64,000 nucleotides of DNA from an uncultured Solirubrobacteraceae bacterium (GTDB taxonomy: Bacteria; Actinomycetota; Thermoleophilia; Solirubrobacterales; Solirubrobacteraceae). The notes under the pieces were generated by a model, which worked only from the letters and a program-made list of their open reading frames with translations, made no database searches and was not told the DNA's origin. The stretch's first letter is position 1, and every line of letters starts with the position of its first letter. The position numbers were made by a program, and so were the translations under genes. The stretch spans positions 518,390 to 582,389 of the forward strand of contig CAVYMP010000010.1 of NCBI GenBank assembly GCA_963769565.1. The letters run 5' to 3'. Below are positions 48,527 through 58,619 of the stretch, one piece after another.

Positions 48527-49609
48527 ATGGAGGAAGTCGAACAGTCCGGGCGCCGGGCGAGCCGCCGTGCGTTCCTGCTGAAGGGTGCCGCGGTCGGAGC
48601 CGGCGCCATCGGCGCGAGCGCTTTGCTGAGCGCTCCGCCAGTGTCCGCCAGCGGAGGGCTCACGAAGGGGGACGTGGCCGTTCTGCAGTTCTTGGCCGCG
48701 GCCGAACTGCTCGAGGCGGACCTGTGGGAGCAGTACAACGAGCTGGGTGGGGTCCAGGACAGCGAACGCCGGGGCGGAACCGGGAACAAGGCCTACACCA
48801 GAGCCCTCGAGGTGTTGGACAAGGACATCCCCCAGTACATCCACGACAACGCCGATGACGAGCAGAGCCACGCGAGCTTCATCAACGCGTATCTGGCGGC
48901 GAACGGCGCGGATCCCATCAACCTGGACAAGTTCCGTACGGTGGCCGGCAGCAAAGCGACTGGCGCTCGTCACATCGGCCGTTTGACCAACCTGATGGAG
49001 CTGACCATCGACACCAGTTGGTGGACGCGCTACCGCAGCGACTCGAAGAATCCGGACCTGGGTGACACCCTGCCGCAGGCCGTCCCCGACCTGGCTGTCG
49101 GAAAGCACCCGGCGATCCCGCGCAGCGACGACGATCTGACACCGCGTAAGCATCTGCAGGCGATCGCAAACACAGCCGGCTTTCACTTCGGCACGATCGA
49201 ACAAGGCGGCACGAGCCTCTACGCCTCCCTCGCGCAGCGCGTGACGAACCCGGAGGTGCTGCGCATCCTGCTCAGCATCGGCCCCACGGAAACGATGCAC
49301 TTCCAGACCTGGCAGGACAAGGCCGGCAACGCTCCGCCACTGACCGACCCCACCACCGGGCTCACGTTCCCCGACCTGAACGCGAGAGGGGCGCTGTTCA
49401 AGCCCAACGGGATCCTGCCCGAGCCAACGAGGTTCCTCGATCGGAAGTTCCCGAGGTGCTCGATCATCCGCCCCACCAACAGCGAGGGCGCTGCCCTCGG
49501 CGCGGCGAAGTTCCTGACCGCCATGGGGCTGTTCAACGGACAGTCACCAGATTTCTTCGCGGGCGTCAAGGCGCTGGCGGAGGCTGCGGACGCCGCGCAG
49601 CGTCAGTAA
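48527..49609 (+). CDS. Tat-exported ferritin-like (Ferritin_2/desiccation-related) protein
   Basis: SRRAFL signal peptide; ELLEADLW, DEQSH, TIEQGG and TETMH. Confidence 0.85.
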   Translation: MEEVEQSGRRASRRAFLLKGAAVGAGAIGASALLSAPPVSASGGLTKGDVAVLQFLAAAELLEADLWEQYNELGGVQDSERRGGTGNKAYTRALEVLDKDIPQYIHDNADDEQSHASFINAYLAANGADPINLDKFRTVAGSKATGARHIGRLTNLMELTIDTSWWTRYRSDSKNPDLGDTLPQAVPDLAVGKHPAIPRSDDDLTPRKHLQAIANTAGFHFGTIEQGGTSLYASLAQRVTNPEVLRILLSIGPTETMHFQTWQDKAGNAPPLTDPTTGLTFPDLNARGALFKPNGILPEPTRFLDRKFPRCSIIRPTNSEGAALGAAKFLTAMGLFNGQSPDFFAGVKALAEAADAAQRQ

Positions 49610-49628
49610 CGAGCGTCGCCGCAAGACC

Positions 49629-49665
49629 GAGACGAGGGGCCCGCTGAAGCGGCGCCCCTCGTCTC
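49629..49665 (+). terminator. Hairpin terminator
   Basis: GAGACGAGGGGC...GCCCCTCGTCTC 12-bp stem after the stop codon. Confidence 0.7.
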
Positions 49666-49781
49666 TTGCCGTCCGCAGACGGGGGGCGATAGCGGTTGAC
49701 TACCGGTCAATCGCCCGTCGTGCTTGAGCGGGTCCGCGGCGCACTTACCGTCGAGCCCCCGACCCGAACTAAGGACCACGC

Positions 49782-49991
49782 ATGATCGAGAGCATCCTCA
49801 GCCCCACTCATCTCCTCCTCATCCTGGTCGTCGCGCTGATCGTGCTCGGCCCCAAGCGACTGCCGGAGGCAGGCCGTGGGCTTGGCTCGGCGATTCGCGG
49901 CTTCAGGGACTCGCTCACCACGGCCGAACGTCGCGAGGAGCAGCCCGCGATCCAGCCGTCGCACGAGCCCGATCACACGCCCGGCGCCTAG
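49782..49991 (+). CDS. tatA: Twin-arginine translocase TatA
   Basis: TM helix followed by LGPKRLPEAGRGLGSAIRGFR. Confidence 0.92.
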   Translation: MIESILSPTHLLLILVVALIVLGPKRLPEAGRGLGSAIRGFRDSLTTAERREEQPAIQPSHEPDHTPGA

Positions 49992-50072
49992 ACGCAGGAG
50001 GGCGCGATTCGAAATGGAAGCGACCGGCGGCGCAGTTCCCGTAACTCTCCGCGGGCGAACCAGGACACATAT

Positions 50073-50366
50073 TTGAATGTCGGGGATAACAGTTTGCTGA
50101 CGTTGCGATGGCGGGGTCGCTCCTTCGTTCTGCGCACACCTGCGCAAGTCGAGCAACTCGCTCGGAGGCTTAGACAGAAAGGCTTCGCCAACATCGCGGT
50201 GTCGATTTCAGGCGCAGTGATCGAGGACAAGGGCTCCGGGAAATTCCTCAGCGACGTCGAACGTGAGGCTGTCTGTGCTGTCCTGACTGACGCTGAGAGC
50301 GATCCGGCGCTGAGGAGAGCATTCAATCTCTTGTGCGCAGAATCGGAAGTGTTGCGAGCGACGTAG
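50073..50366 (+). CDS. Hypothetical protein
   Basis: Protein-like ORF in a lower-GC patch. Confidence 0.4.
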   Translation: MNVGDNSLLTLRWRGRSFVLRTPAQVEQLARRLRQKGFANIAVSISGAVIEDKGSGKFLSDVEREAVCAVLTDAESDPALRRAFNLLCAESEVLRAT

Positions 50367-50431
50367 CCTCCGACTGGTAATCCATGAGCGCGCCCCTGGT
50401 GCCAGCCGCCCCACGTCAACCGGCCATGGGG

Positions 50432-50776
50432 TCAGGCGCCCCGAGTACCGTCCGGTGCCAGGGCTCGAAGGCTCGACCGGGGATCGCTGTGACGACCAGT
50501 GTCCGGATCCCATCGGCCCCGGCGAGCACGCGGCGCCGTTCGGCTGGCCCGACCGAAGCAGGGAGTCGCGCTCGAGCGGAAAGTGCTCGCCCGATTCAAG
50601 CTCGAGCGCGCCGCGCCCTCGAGCGCGATGTACATCTCCTCCTGGCCGTCCTCCGCGTCGTCGTGCCAGGGGTGGCCGGTGGAATCCGGCGGGGATTCGA
50701 TCGTCAGCACGCTGAAGCTCGTCAGCCCGAGTTGGGCGGGGACCTTTCGCATTGACCCCCGAAAGGTGGCCTTCAT
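50432..50776 (-). pseudogene. Degenerate cupin-domain protein
   Basis: HPWHDDAEDGQEEMYIALEG. Confidence 0.55.
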
Positions 50777-50897
50777 CTCCTCGGGCGCTTACACGTCGCG
50801 CCTGTCATCGCGTGCTTCCGTTCATCGTGGTGTGGTGGTGCCGGTTCGCCGCACCGTCGGGGCAGCTAGGACGGGGTTGGTGCAACCTCAGCAAGGG

Positions 50898-51200
50898 ATG
50901 GTCCGGGATGTGCTCGCCCCCGACCCTGGTGGCCGTGTTCGTCGGCACGTCGGTCAGCACGACTTCGGCCGAGAAGAAGCACTACTACGCCCAGCCCAGC
51001 AAACCGCTGCTGGGAGCTTCTGGATGCGACCGGGCTACGAATCGTGCCCGGTGGTGCAGTAGCCGTGACCGCGAGCTCACCGACTACGGCGTAGGTCTCA
51101 CGGATCTCGTGACGGTGGGCGGGGCGGCATCCGACGGGCTGCTCGAATCGAGCCACTACGAGCGCTCCGGATGCATCGCGTCGGATCGAGCGCGTGCGCC
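50898..51200 (+). pseudogene. Mismatch-specific uracil DNA glycosylase (Mug-like) remnant
   Basis: VFVGT, HYYAQPS, WELL and YGVGLTDLV across frames; truncated. Confidence 0.6.
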
Positions 51201-51235
51201 CGCCGATGCGGTCGTGCGCGTAGCGCGCCTTCGAC

Positions 51236-52498
51236 CTATGAGAGCGATCCCGGCGTTGAATCTCGGGGTGCGCGCGTGAGCGACGGTGCGCGGAGGGCCG
51301 AGGGCGTTGGACGACTCTCTGGCTGCGCGCGGCGGAGCAGCACGAGTCCGAGGGCCGGGGAGATCACCACCGAGAGAAGACCTGCGGCAACGAGCCCCGC
51401 GGCGCTCGCCTGGCTGACCACGCCGAGTTGGAGCCCGATTTGGGTGGCGGCGACGATGACCGTCAGGGAGGTGGCTTGAAGCACGCCGGCGATCACCGAG
51501 CGCGAGAGGCCGAGCAGTCGCACGTACACGATCGCAGGGAGCCCGCGGGCGAGGTAAAGCGCGAGCAGGAACAGCGGTACCCGCGCCACGGTCGACGGGC
51601 TCGCGAACAGCGCGTTCACGTTGAAGCGCAGGCCGCTTGTGACGAAGAACACCGGGATGAATACGCCGAATGCGGCGGTCTCGAGCTTCAGCCTGAACTG
51701 GGGATGCGTCGTCTGGTCGCGGTCGATCAGCGACAGCAGGACGCCGGCGGCAAACGCTCCGAGGATCGTCTCCAGCCCGAATTGGTCGGCGAGTTCTGCG
51801 AATCCAATCATCAGCACGAACGCCGCGCGGACGCGGATCTGTGCGGTTGTGTCCTGGAGGCGCTGGACGACGTGTGAGAGGCTGATGGACCGCTCGACAC
51901 CCGCGATCGCGACGCCCGCCAGGGCTACGACCAGCCCGAACACGCCGACCAGGATCAGCGTCGCGGCGGTGCTGCTCGAACCTTTGCCCGAGAAGAACAG
52001 CGATAGCAGGATGATCGCGCCGAACTCTGCGACTGAGGCCGACGCGAGCACGAGTTGACCGAAGCGCGAGCCGGTGAGGTTTGCGTCCTTCATGACCGGG
52101 AAGATCACGCTGACCGACGAGGCGGCGAGCACGATCGCGACGAACAGCGGCGAGTTGACGAATCCGGCGGCTTTCAGTCCGAGGCCGAGGGTGATCGCGA
52201 TCGCGAACGAGAGCGCGAATCCGATCGTGGTCAGCTTGAGGACCGGGCCGCGTAGGCGCTCGACGTCGATTTCCAGGCCGGAGAGGAACAGCAGGAACGC
52301 CAGTCCGATCAGAGCGAGGGTCGAGACGGGCAGGTCGGGCCTGGCCCACCCCAGCCCGGACGGACCGATCACGATGCCGAGCACGAGCTCGAGCACGATC
52401 GCCGGCAGCCGGAACCGCGGGAAGAAACCCAGTGCGAGCGGGGCGAGCAGGCCGATCGTGACGACGATCAGGAGGTTTGTGTAGTGCACAGCGGGCAT
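51236..52498 (-). CDS. Cation:proton antiporter (CPA2)
   Basis: GIVIGP, FLSGLEID, GAFAAG and PVFFVTSG; about 12 TM helices. Confidence 0.9.
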   Translation of the reverse strand: MPAVHYTNLLIVVTIGLLAPLALGFFPRFRLPAIVLELVLGIVIGPSGLGWARPDLPVSTLALIGLAFLLFLSGLEIDVERLRGPVLKLTTIGFALSFAIAITLGLGLKAAGFVNSPLFVAIVLAASSVSVIFPVMKDANLTGSRFGQLVLASASVAEFGAIILLSLFFSGKGSSSTAATLILVGVFGLVVALAGVAIAGVERSISLSHVVQRLQDTTAQIRVRAAFVLMIGFAELADQFGLETILGAFAAGVLLSLIDRDQTTHPQFRLKLETAAFGVFIPVFFVTSGLRFNVNALFASPSTVARVPLFLLALYLARGLPAIVYVRLLGLSRSVIAGVLQATSLTVIVAATQIGLQLGVVSQASAAGLVAAGLLSVVISPALGLVLLRRAQPESRPTPSALRAPSLTRAPRDSTPGSLS

Positions 52499-52715
52499 GT
52501 CGAGGCCGCAGTCGCGCCGGTCGCGCTCAGTTCCTCTCGCTCCCGGCCAGACTCGGGCTCCGCCCGGCCAACCAGCGGCCGAGGGTTGGCCGGCCGCCGC
52601 GACCGCGGGATACGTCTGGCCGGGCGTCCACAACGGTTCAGCCCGGACGGTCGGTGGACGCGTCCGGGCTGAAGCCGCCTCGGTCCTGTGGGGCCGGGCT
52701 TGCGTGGCGTCCGGC

Positions 52716-53414
52716 CTATCGCGGCTCGTTCGAGCTGATCTCGATGGGCGGGGCGATCGGCGACTGCGGGAGGTCGTAGAAGCGACCGGCGGCGCTCCCC
52801 TGCTCGCCGAAGCCGAAGCCGGCGCTCTGGGCGGCCGCGGCGATGTCGCTGACGCGATCGAATTCGTACTCCGCGAATCCGAGGTCGTTGGGCGGGTTTG
52901 CGCCGGCGAGCGTTTGCCCGAGCAGGCGGTGCTCGGACTCGTTCGCGGCAAGCTCGGCCGCGTAGCGCGCGTACGTGGAGTTCCCGGCGGCCGCGAACGT
53001 CGTGACCCCGAGCAGGTACATGTTGACGAACAGGTGCTCGCCGGCCGCGACTCCCTGGCCGACCGCGGTCAGGTCGAGCGCGTCGCCCTCACCGCCGTAG
53101 AAGCCGTCCGGGATCCAGAACCGCGTGGTGGCCGGATCCCAGTGCTTACTGGTGAATCGCCAATGGTCCAGCTCGGCGGCGTACACGCCGCCGACGATGG
53201 CCGCCACCGAACTTGGGACTTCGGGATGCTCGCCCGCGCGGCGCAGCAGCTCGGTCAGGATCGTGAGCGTCAGCGCCTCGGTCGTGGACGCAAAGACCCC
53301 CCACTCATCGATCGTGTCGTGCGGCGCGCCATTGGGCGAGTCGACCGTGCCCGCGGCGCCGGGACCGGTCAGGTCAGATTTGATCCGGGACACAAAGTCC
53401 CCCATGTGGGACAT
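52716..53414 (-). CDS. Ferritin-like domain protein without a signal peptide
   Basis: TEAL...AELDH...GEHLF...NESEH carboxylate/His pattern. Confidence 0.65.
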   Translation of the reverse strand: MSHMGDFVSRIKSDLTGPGAAGTVDSPNGAPHDTIDEWGVFASTTEALTLTILTELLRRAGEHPEVPSSVAAIVGGVYAAELDHWRFTSKHWDPATTRFWIPDGFYGGEGDALDLTAVGQGVAAGEHLFVNMYLLGVTTFAAAGNSTYARYAAELAANESEHRLLGQTLAGANPPNDLGFAEYEFDRVSDIAAAAQSAGFGFGEQGSAAGRFYDLPQSPIAPPIEISSNEPR

Positions 53415-54164
53415 GCGATTGCCTTTCTGTAGTGGGGTCCGACAACAGTCGGGTGCAGGCCCGCCGAGCGCAGATCGGGTGTGGCCCCGACTCAGCGCCT
53501 GCCGTCCTAACGATGCGGGCCGCTCGCCGGTCCCACAACACGATTGCCCGAACGGCCGATAGGCACCCGCGATCAGCGCCAGTTATCCGTACGGCGCCAC
53601 GGGAACCGTTCTACTGGCGGCAGCCCGGGCTCGGCGCGCCCACACTGACGGACTCGGTCGAGGTCGATAAGTGCGTGGCGGCCCGATCACTGGCCGGCGC
53701 CCAGGCGGCCGGACGCTGGCCGACGGCGGAGAGGGGTTCGCCGAGCGTGAACCGGCAGTGACGGCTGCCGGGCGCCATCCACGCAGCGGCCGCCGCTGTC
53801 CGTCTGTGGCCGGTCGTGTCCGATACCGGCAGCGCGACCGCCGGCGGTGCGGCTACTGCTCTGGTGCTTGCAACATCCAGGCCCGTGGCTAGCACGGGAC
53901 GCTTCGAGCTCGGCGGTGGACCGATCGTGGGCGAAATGCGCGCTATCCGCGCATACCGGGGAGGATCGCCGGAACGTCGAGATGCCCGTGCTGGAAGGGG
54001 AGCAGGTGTCACCATCCGGGCACGATCGAGCGGGCGCTGCCGCTCCACGCCTGGACCGGTCACGCCTGCCGCGTGGCCGCTTCCGTGAGCGAAGGGCCAC
54101 GCGCCGGGACGCGTCCACGGCCGGTCGGCGACGCCGGCGCGGGTTCGCCCGCGCCACGCCGGTA

Positions 54165-55567
54165 GGCCTCCGTTAGTAGCAAGGGCTCCTGCTAATTCGC
54201 CGGCGGGGAGATGCGCACCTTCCGCGGCGGTCTCAGGCTGTCGCCGCACCACCCGGGAGAGTCAGCGATTCGCTGACCAACGAGGTGAGGTGCGGAGATG
54301 CCGAAGGGTCACTACCTGGCCGAGGTTGTGAAGGATGCGATCTGGGAGCTGCGAGCAGAGGGGGTGAGCGAGGCCGAGATCGCCCGCCGGCTCGTGATGC
54401 CGAAGCGGACGGTGAGTAAGTACCTGCAGAGGATGGGAGGGATCCGCCCGAGGCCGCGTCGTCGGGCTGAGTGCTGCCTGACGGTGGCTGAGCGTGAGGA
54501 GATCTCGCGTGGGATCGCTCGGGGAGAATCGGCCCGCGCGATCGGTCGCACCCTCGGCCGGTCCCACTCCACCGTCTCCGGCGAGATCAACCGTTGCGGT
54601 GGCCGTGGGCGCTCTCGCGCTCACGCAGCTGAGCGGACTGCCTGGGGTCGGGCCAAGCGCCCGCGACCGTCGAAGCTCGCGCTGTGTCGCGAGCTGCGTG
54701 AGCTCGTGATTCAGCGGCTCGAGCAGGATCACTCCCCGCAGCAGATCTCGGGCTGGCTCAGGCTCTCATACCCCGACAATGATCAGATGCAGGTCTCGCA
54801 CGAGACGATCTACCGCGCGCTGTACGTTCAGTCGCGTGGGTCGCTGCGACGCGAACTTACCCGGCATCTCAGAACCCGGCGTCAGAAGCGCTACGCACGG
54901 ACGCACTCCAATCGCGGGCAGGGCCCCGGCTGCATCGCCGGGATGGTGATGATCTCCGAGCGTCCACCAGACGTTGCCGACCGAGCGGTGCCCGGGCACT
55001 GGGAGGGCGACTTGCTGATGGGAACTCGTGACACGGCGATCGCGACCCTGGTCGAGCGCCAGACCCGTTATTGCCAGCTCGTCGCGCTGCCCGAGGGGAC
55101 CAACGCCGAGCCGGTCTGCGAAGCGCTCAAGGCGAGCATCACGACACTGCCCGAACAGCTTCGACGCTCGCTGACCTGGGATCAGGGAAAGGAGATGGCA
55201 CAGCACCGACGGTTCAGCATCGAGACAGGCGTCGAGGTCTACTTCTGCGATCCCCGCAGCCCGTGGCAGCGAGGGTCCAACGAGAACACGAACGGTCTCC
55301 TTCGCCAGTACTTCCCGAAAGGCAAGAACCTCGCCGGCGTGAGTCAGGCAGACCTCGACGAGGTCGCCCGCAAACTCAACGACCGACCCCGCCAAACGCT
55401 CGGGTTCCGGACACCCGCCGAGAAACTCACCGCACTGATCGACCGGCCCCACACGGGCGGCGCGTCCGAGCGCTGATCTCGCTCCGGCCTACGGCCTTCG
55501 CTCGACAGCGCCCGGACGGAATGACACGATCCACACGTCAGGGGTGGTGCACCGACCAGTTGAGGCC
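54165..55567 (+). mobile_element. IS30-family element, ends approximate
   Basis: GGCCTC...GAGGCC terminal match flanking the transposase. Confidence 0.6.
54298..55476 (+). CDS. IS30 transposase
   Basis: SPQQISG, SHETIY, GHWEGDL, TWDQGKE and RGSNENTNGLLRQYFPK. Confidence 0.96.
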   Translation: MPKGHYLAEVVKDAIWELRAEGVSEAEIARRLVMPKRTVSKYLQRMGGIRPRPRRRAECCLTVAEREEISRGIARGESARAIGRTLGRSHSTVSGEINRCGGRGRSRAHAAERTAWGRAKRPRPSKLALCRELRELVIQRLEQDHSPQQISGWLRLSYPDNDQMQVSHETIYRALYVQSRGSLRRELTRHLRTRRQKRYARTHSNRGQGPGCIAGMVMISERPPDVADRAVPGHWEGDLLMGTRDTAIATLVERQTRYCQLVALPEGTNAEPVCEALKASITTLPEQLRRSLTWDQGKEMAQHRRFSIETGVEVYFCDPRSPWQRGSNENTNGLLRQYFPKGKNLAGVSQADLDEVARKLNDRPRQTLGFRTPAEKLTALIDRPHTGGASER

Positions 55568-55857
55568 AAGGCGCATAGCGGGGCTCTCGAGCGCGGCGCT
55601 GGGGCCTGGGGGATGTCTATCTATGCAAGCGGCGGGACTTGGACGCTCTCGATTCGGCGATCGTTGCCGCAGATCGTTGGCGCCCCGACTCGACGCCCGT
55701 TGCGCTGCGGGTTGATCGCCAGGCCAGCGCACTACCGCACCGGAGCCAGTGCCGTCGGTGGCGCCCGGGCGGTCGCCGTACCCACGGCCGTCGTCGCCAG
55801 CCGCTGATCCAATACGCCGCGGTCGGCCGAGCTCCCCCGAGCGCTGATCACCTTCGG

Positions 55858-56287
55858 TCAGAGCGTCGGCATCCAGGGCCCAGCGGCGTGTACCTCCTGG
55901 TAGCCCTCTTGCGCGGCCGCCAGCGGTGGCTCGTGCGAGCCGTAGAACGACAGCTCGACGATCCCGTTCGGGCTGTCGCGCAGGATCACCGCCCGCTGGT
56001 ACGGGCCGTGCTGGCCGTAGTCGAGCAGCTCGTACCGCGCGGTCAGCTGGCCGATCCAGACATCGGCCTCTGGGTGCTACTGGGTGCCACTGGGTGCTCA
56101 GCTCGTGCCTCGCCGAGCGCAGCTGCGGGAAGAACTCCTTCAGGACGGGCGCACTTGCTCGATCCCCTCCGCACGCTGACCGTCGGTTCGCAACAGCGTT
56201 CCCGTGTCGGCGAACATCGCCAGCGCCGCATCGAGATCGAGCGCGTGGAGCGCCCCGAGCACCGCCCGTGATCGGCGACTCGGTCAT
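55858..56287 (-). pseudogene. SnoaL/NTF2-like protein disrupted by a 10-bp tandem duplication and indels
   Basis: LDLDAALAMFAD...EGIEQVR / LKEFFPQLRSARHELSTQWHP / EADVWIGQLTARYEL. Confidence 0.6.
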
Positions 56288-56382
56288 TGGCGCGGATTGC
56301 GTGTTGGCCGAGCCGCTTTTAGTTGGGTGCATCACGAGCGCGGGGGTCAACCTGCTTTGTTCACGACCGGCGGGACGCCTCA

Positions 56383-56715
56383 TCAGTAACCCCAGCCGTG
56401 TCCCCAGGGGGCGAAAATGATGAAGATAAAGACGATCCAGATCAGCCACCACGTGTAGTTGAACCCGATGAAGTCGTAGCGACTGCGCGGCTCGGGCCGG
56501 AGGTGATACCAGCGCCGCCCGCGCTCGTCGGTCGCCTCGAGCTGGTCTTCTCCGTGGGGCCCGACGGTGTGATGCTCCTCGATCAGGCGCGGACGCTCAC
56601 CTCTGGAGTAGTTCGGCGGCGCTACGTTGAGCGCGTTCTGCTCGGGGACTCGGTGTTGGTCTTCTGAGGCGGCGCCGTCGGGAGTGCTTGATGAATCAGT
56701 TGGTGTGTAAGCCAT
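56383..56715 (-). CDS. Small membrane protein
   Basis: C-terminal WWLIWIVFIFIIFAPW helix. Confidence 0.55.
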   Translation of the reverse strand: MAYTPTDSSSTPDGAASEDQHRVPEQNALNVAPPNYSRGERPRLIEEHHTVGPHGEDQLEATDERGRRWYHLRPEPRSRYDFIGFNYTWWLIWIVFIFIIFAPWGHGWGY

Positions 56716-56767
56716 GAGGCTCCTGTTCGGGTTGACACTGGTGGGCAAGGCAGTCCGGTTGGCTGTG

Positions 56768-57286
56768 TCAGGTGACGCGGGCTGTGAGGTGGGCGTGGTC
56801 GGCCCATCGGTGACGCCGCTCTGCGAGGGCCGGGGATGGAGTGACCAGGACGGGGCGGTCGGCGTGATGAAGGACGGCGTTCGAGACGCTGCCCATGATC
56901 AGCGACTTCACAGAACCGCGACCGCGGGTACCAAGGACGATCAGGTCGGCGCTCACGTCGCCGGCTACGGCAAGGATGTCGGCGGCGATGTCGTACTCGC
57001 GATTGACGACTCGGGGCTCCGCGACGAGTCCGGCGGTCGTGGCTCGCTGCGCGCCGTCGGTGGCGGTGTCGAGCGCGGCATTCTGGAGCGCGGTGTCAGT
57101 CCCGCCGTCACCGTAGGCGCCAAGCATCCCGAATCCCATCGCCAGGGAGCCGTTGCGGGTCATCGTCTCCAGCAGCGTCTCCCAGATCACGAGTACCGTC
57201 GCCTCGCTTCCGGGCATCAACTGCCCGGCGCGGTCGATCGCGGCTTGCGCGTCCGCGGAACCGTCGTAACAGATCAGGACCATCAT
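56768..57286 (-). CDS. Universal stress protein
   Basis: ICYDGS, IVLGTRGRG, MGSVS and PVLV. Confidence 0.92.
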   Translation of the reverse strand: MMVLICYDGSADAQAAIDRAGQLMPGSEATVLVIWETLLETMTRNGSLAMGFGMLGAYGDGGTDTALQNAALDTATDGAQRATTAGLVAEPRVVNREYDIAADILAVAGDVSADLIVLGTRGRGSVKSLIMGSVSNAVLHHADRPVLVTPSPALAERRHRWADHAHLTARVT

Positions 57287-57538
57287 GCCCGCGCCGCCGA
57301 CCGATGTTTGAGGCTCCGATGAATCGATCCAATGCGCTCGTGAATCCAAGCCATGTGTGCTTCCTTTCGGGGGAAGAGAGAGGCCATCAACCCCGCTCAC
57401 TCTGAACCTCGCCGCCGCCGCTCGCGCCCGGGAGGTCACTGGCCTGTGACCACTGGCTTGTGACCGGGCCGATGCAGTCACGAACCGTCAGCCGGGCAGA
57501 ACCCCGTGAACAAGGGGGGTTCCGCCCGGAGACCATCG

Positions 57539-58306
57539 TTAGGCCATAGCGAACGGGGTCGTCCGCTCGGCGAGTATCTCCAGCATCCGGTTGCCCAGGA
57601 CCGCGGCCGAGTGGGGATTTTGGCCGGTGACCAGGTTGCGGTCCTCGACCATGTACGGCTGCCAGATCGGGCCTCGGCTGAATTCGACGCCGACCTTCTC
57701 CTTCAGATCGGTCTCCAGCAACCAGGGCGCCATTTGTGCTACCCCGACGGCCTCCTCTTCCTCGTTGGTGAAGCCGGTGACCCTGTAGCCCTTGAACGGC
57801 GAGACGCCATGAATCCTGGTCGACAGCATCGCGGCAGGGCCATGACAGACGATGAACAAGGGGTTGCCCGAGGCCAGTTGCGCGGTTAGCAACCGCCCGC
57901 AATCAGCGTCCCATGCCAGGTCTGACATTGGGCCGTGACCGCCCGGCAAGTACACCGCGTCGTAGTCCTCGAGACGCACGTCTGATAGCTCCAGCGGCCG
58001 ACGCATCGCCTCGGCGGAACGGATGATGCCCTCGAGTTCGAGCGCCTCGTCGTTGCCGCTGAGCATCTCGGGGCGCAGGCTCATCATGTCGACGTTTGGC
58101 GTCACGCCATTCGGCGTCGCAACGACGACTTCGTGGCCGGCATCCGTGAGAATCTTGTATGGGTTCGCGAACTCCTCGGCCCAGTAGCCCGTCGCGTACC
58201 TCGTTCCGTCCTTCATCACCCAGTAGGTGGCACCGGTGACGATGAAAAGGACCTTTGCCGTGGCGATCTCGGTCGCCGTGTCACTGCTCACGTCGATGCT
58301 GCTCAT
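57539..58306 (-). CDS. DJ-1/PfpI (type 1 glutamine amidotransferase-like) protein
   Basis: GYWAEE, PGGHG, VCHGP and TGQNP. Confidence 0.92.
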   Translation of the reverse strand: MSSIDVSSDTATEIATAKVLFIVTGATYWVMKDGTRYATGYWAEEFANPYKILTDAGHEVVVATPNGVTPNVDMMSLRPEMLSGNDEALELEGIIRSAEAMRRPLELSDVRLEDYDAVYLPGGHGPMSDLAWDADCGRLLTAQLASGNPLFIVCHGPAAMLSTRIHGVSPFKGYRVTGFTNEEEEAVGVAQMAPWLLETDLKEKVGVEFSRGPIWQPYMVEDRNLVTGQNPHSAAVLGNRMLEILAERTTPFAMA

Positions 58307-58357
58307 GTCTACCTCCGAGGTTGATTTGCCTGGCGTAACCGTCGCGCCTCGGCCGAT

Positions 58358-58384
58358 CGGTCGCGCCCGTGCATGCCCTGGTCA
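58358..58384 (-). promoter_or_regulatory. Conserved upstream motif; 27 bp identical to 63546-63572
   Basis: TGACCAGGGCATGCACGGGCGCGACCG about 55 bp upstream of the DJ-1 start. Confidence 0.7.
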
Positions 58385-58619
58385 CTCCCCGTGTCCGCGT
58401 CGCGCACGCCGGACTTCGGCCAGCGCAAATAGGACGTGACCGTGCACGCCGAAGGTCATGGGGTCCCAATCGATCTTCCGGCGCGAACAGAGCGGGCGGG
58501 CGTTTGAGCAGCGGTGGTCCGTGAAGGTCGCACTTCGCGCGTCGGCGACTCGCCGACGCTCGCCCGGCCGGCGAGACCTGCGCGGCCTCGTGAGCGACGT
58601 CCTCTAGCATCACCCTTCG

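Noticed and set aside
56068-56100. Tandem 10-mers as integrase arm sites or iterons
   Set aside because: They lie inside a coding frame that is restored by removing one unit
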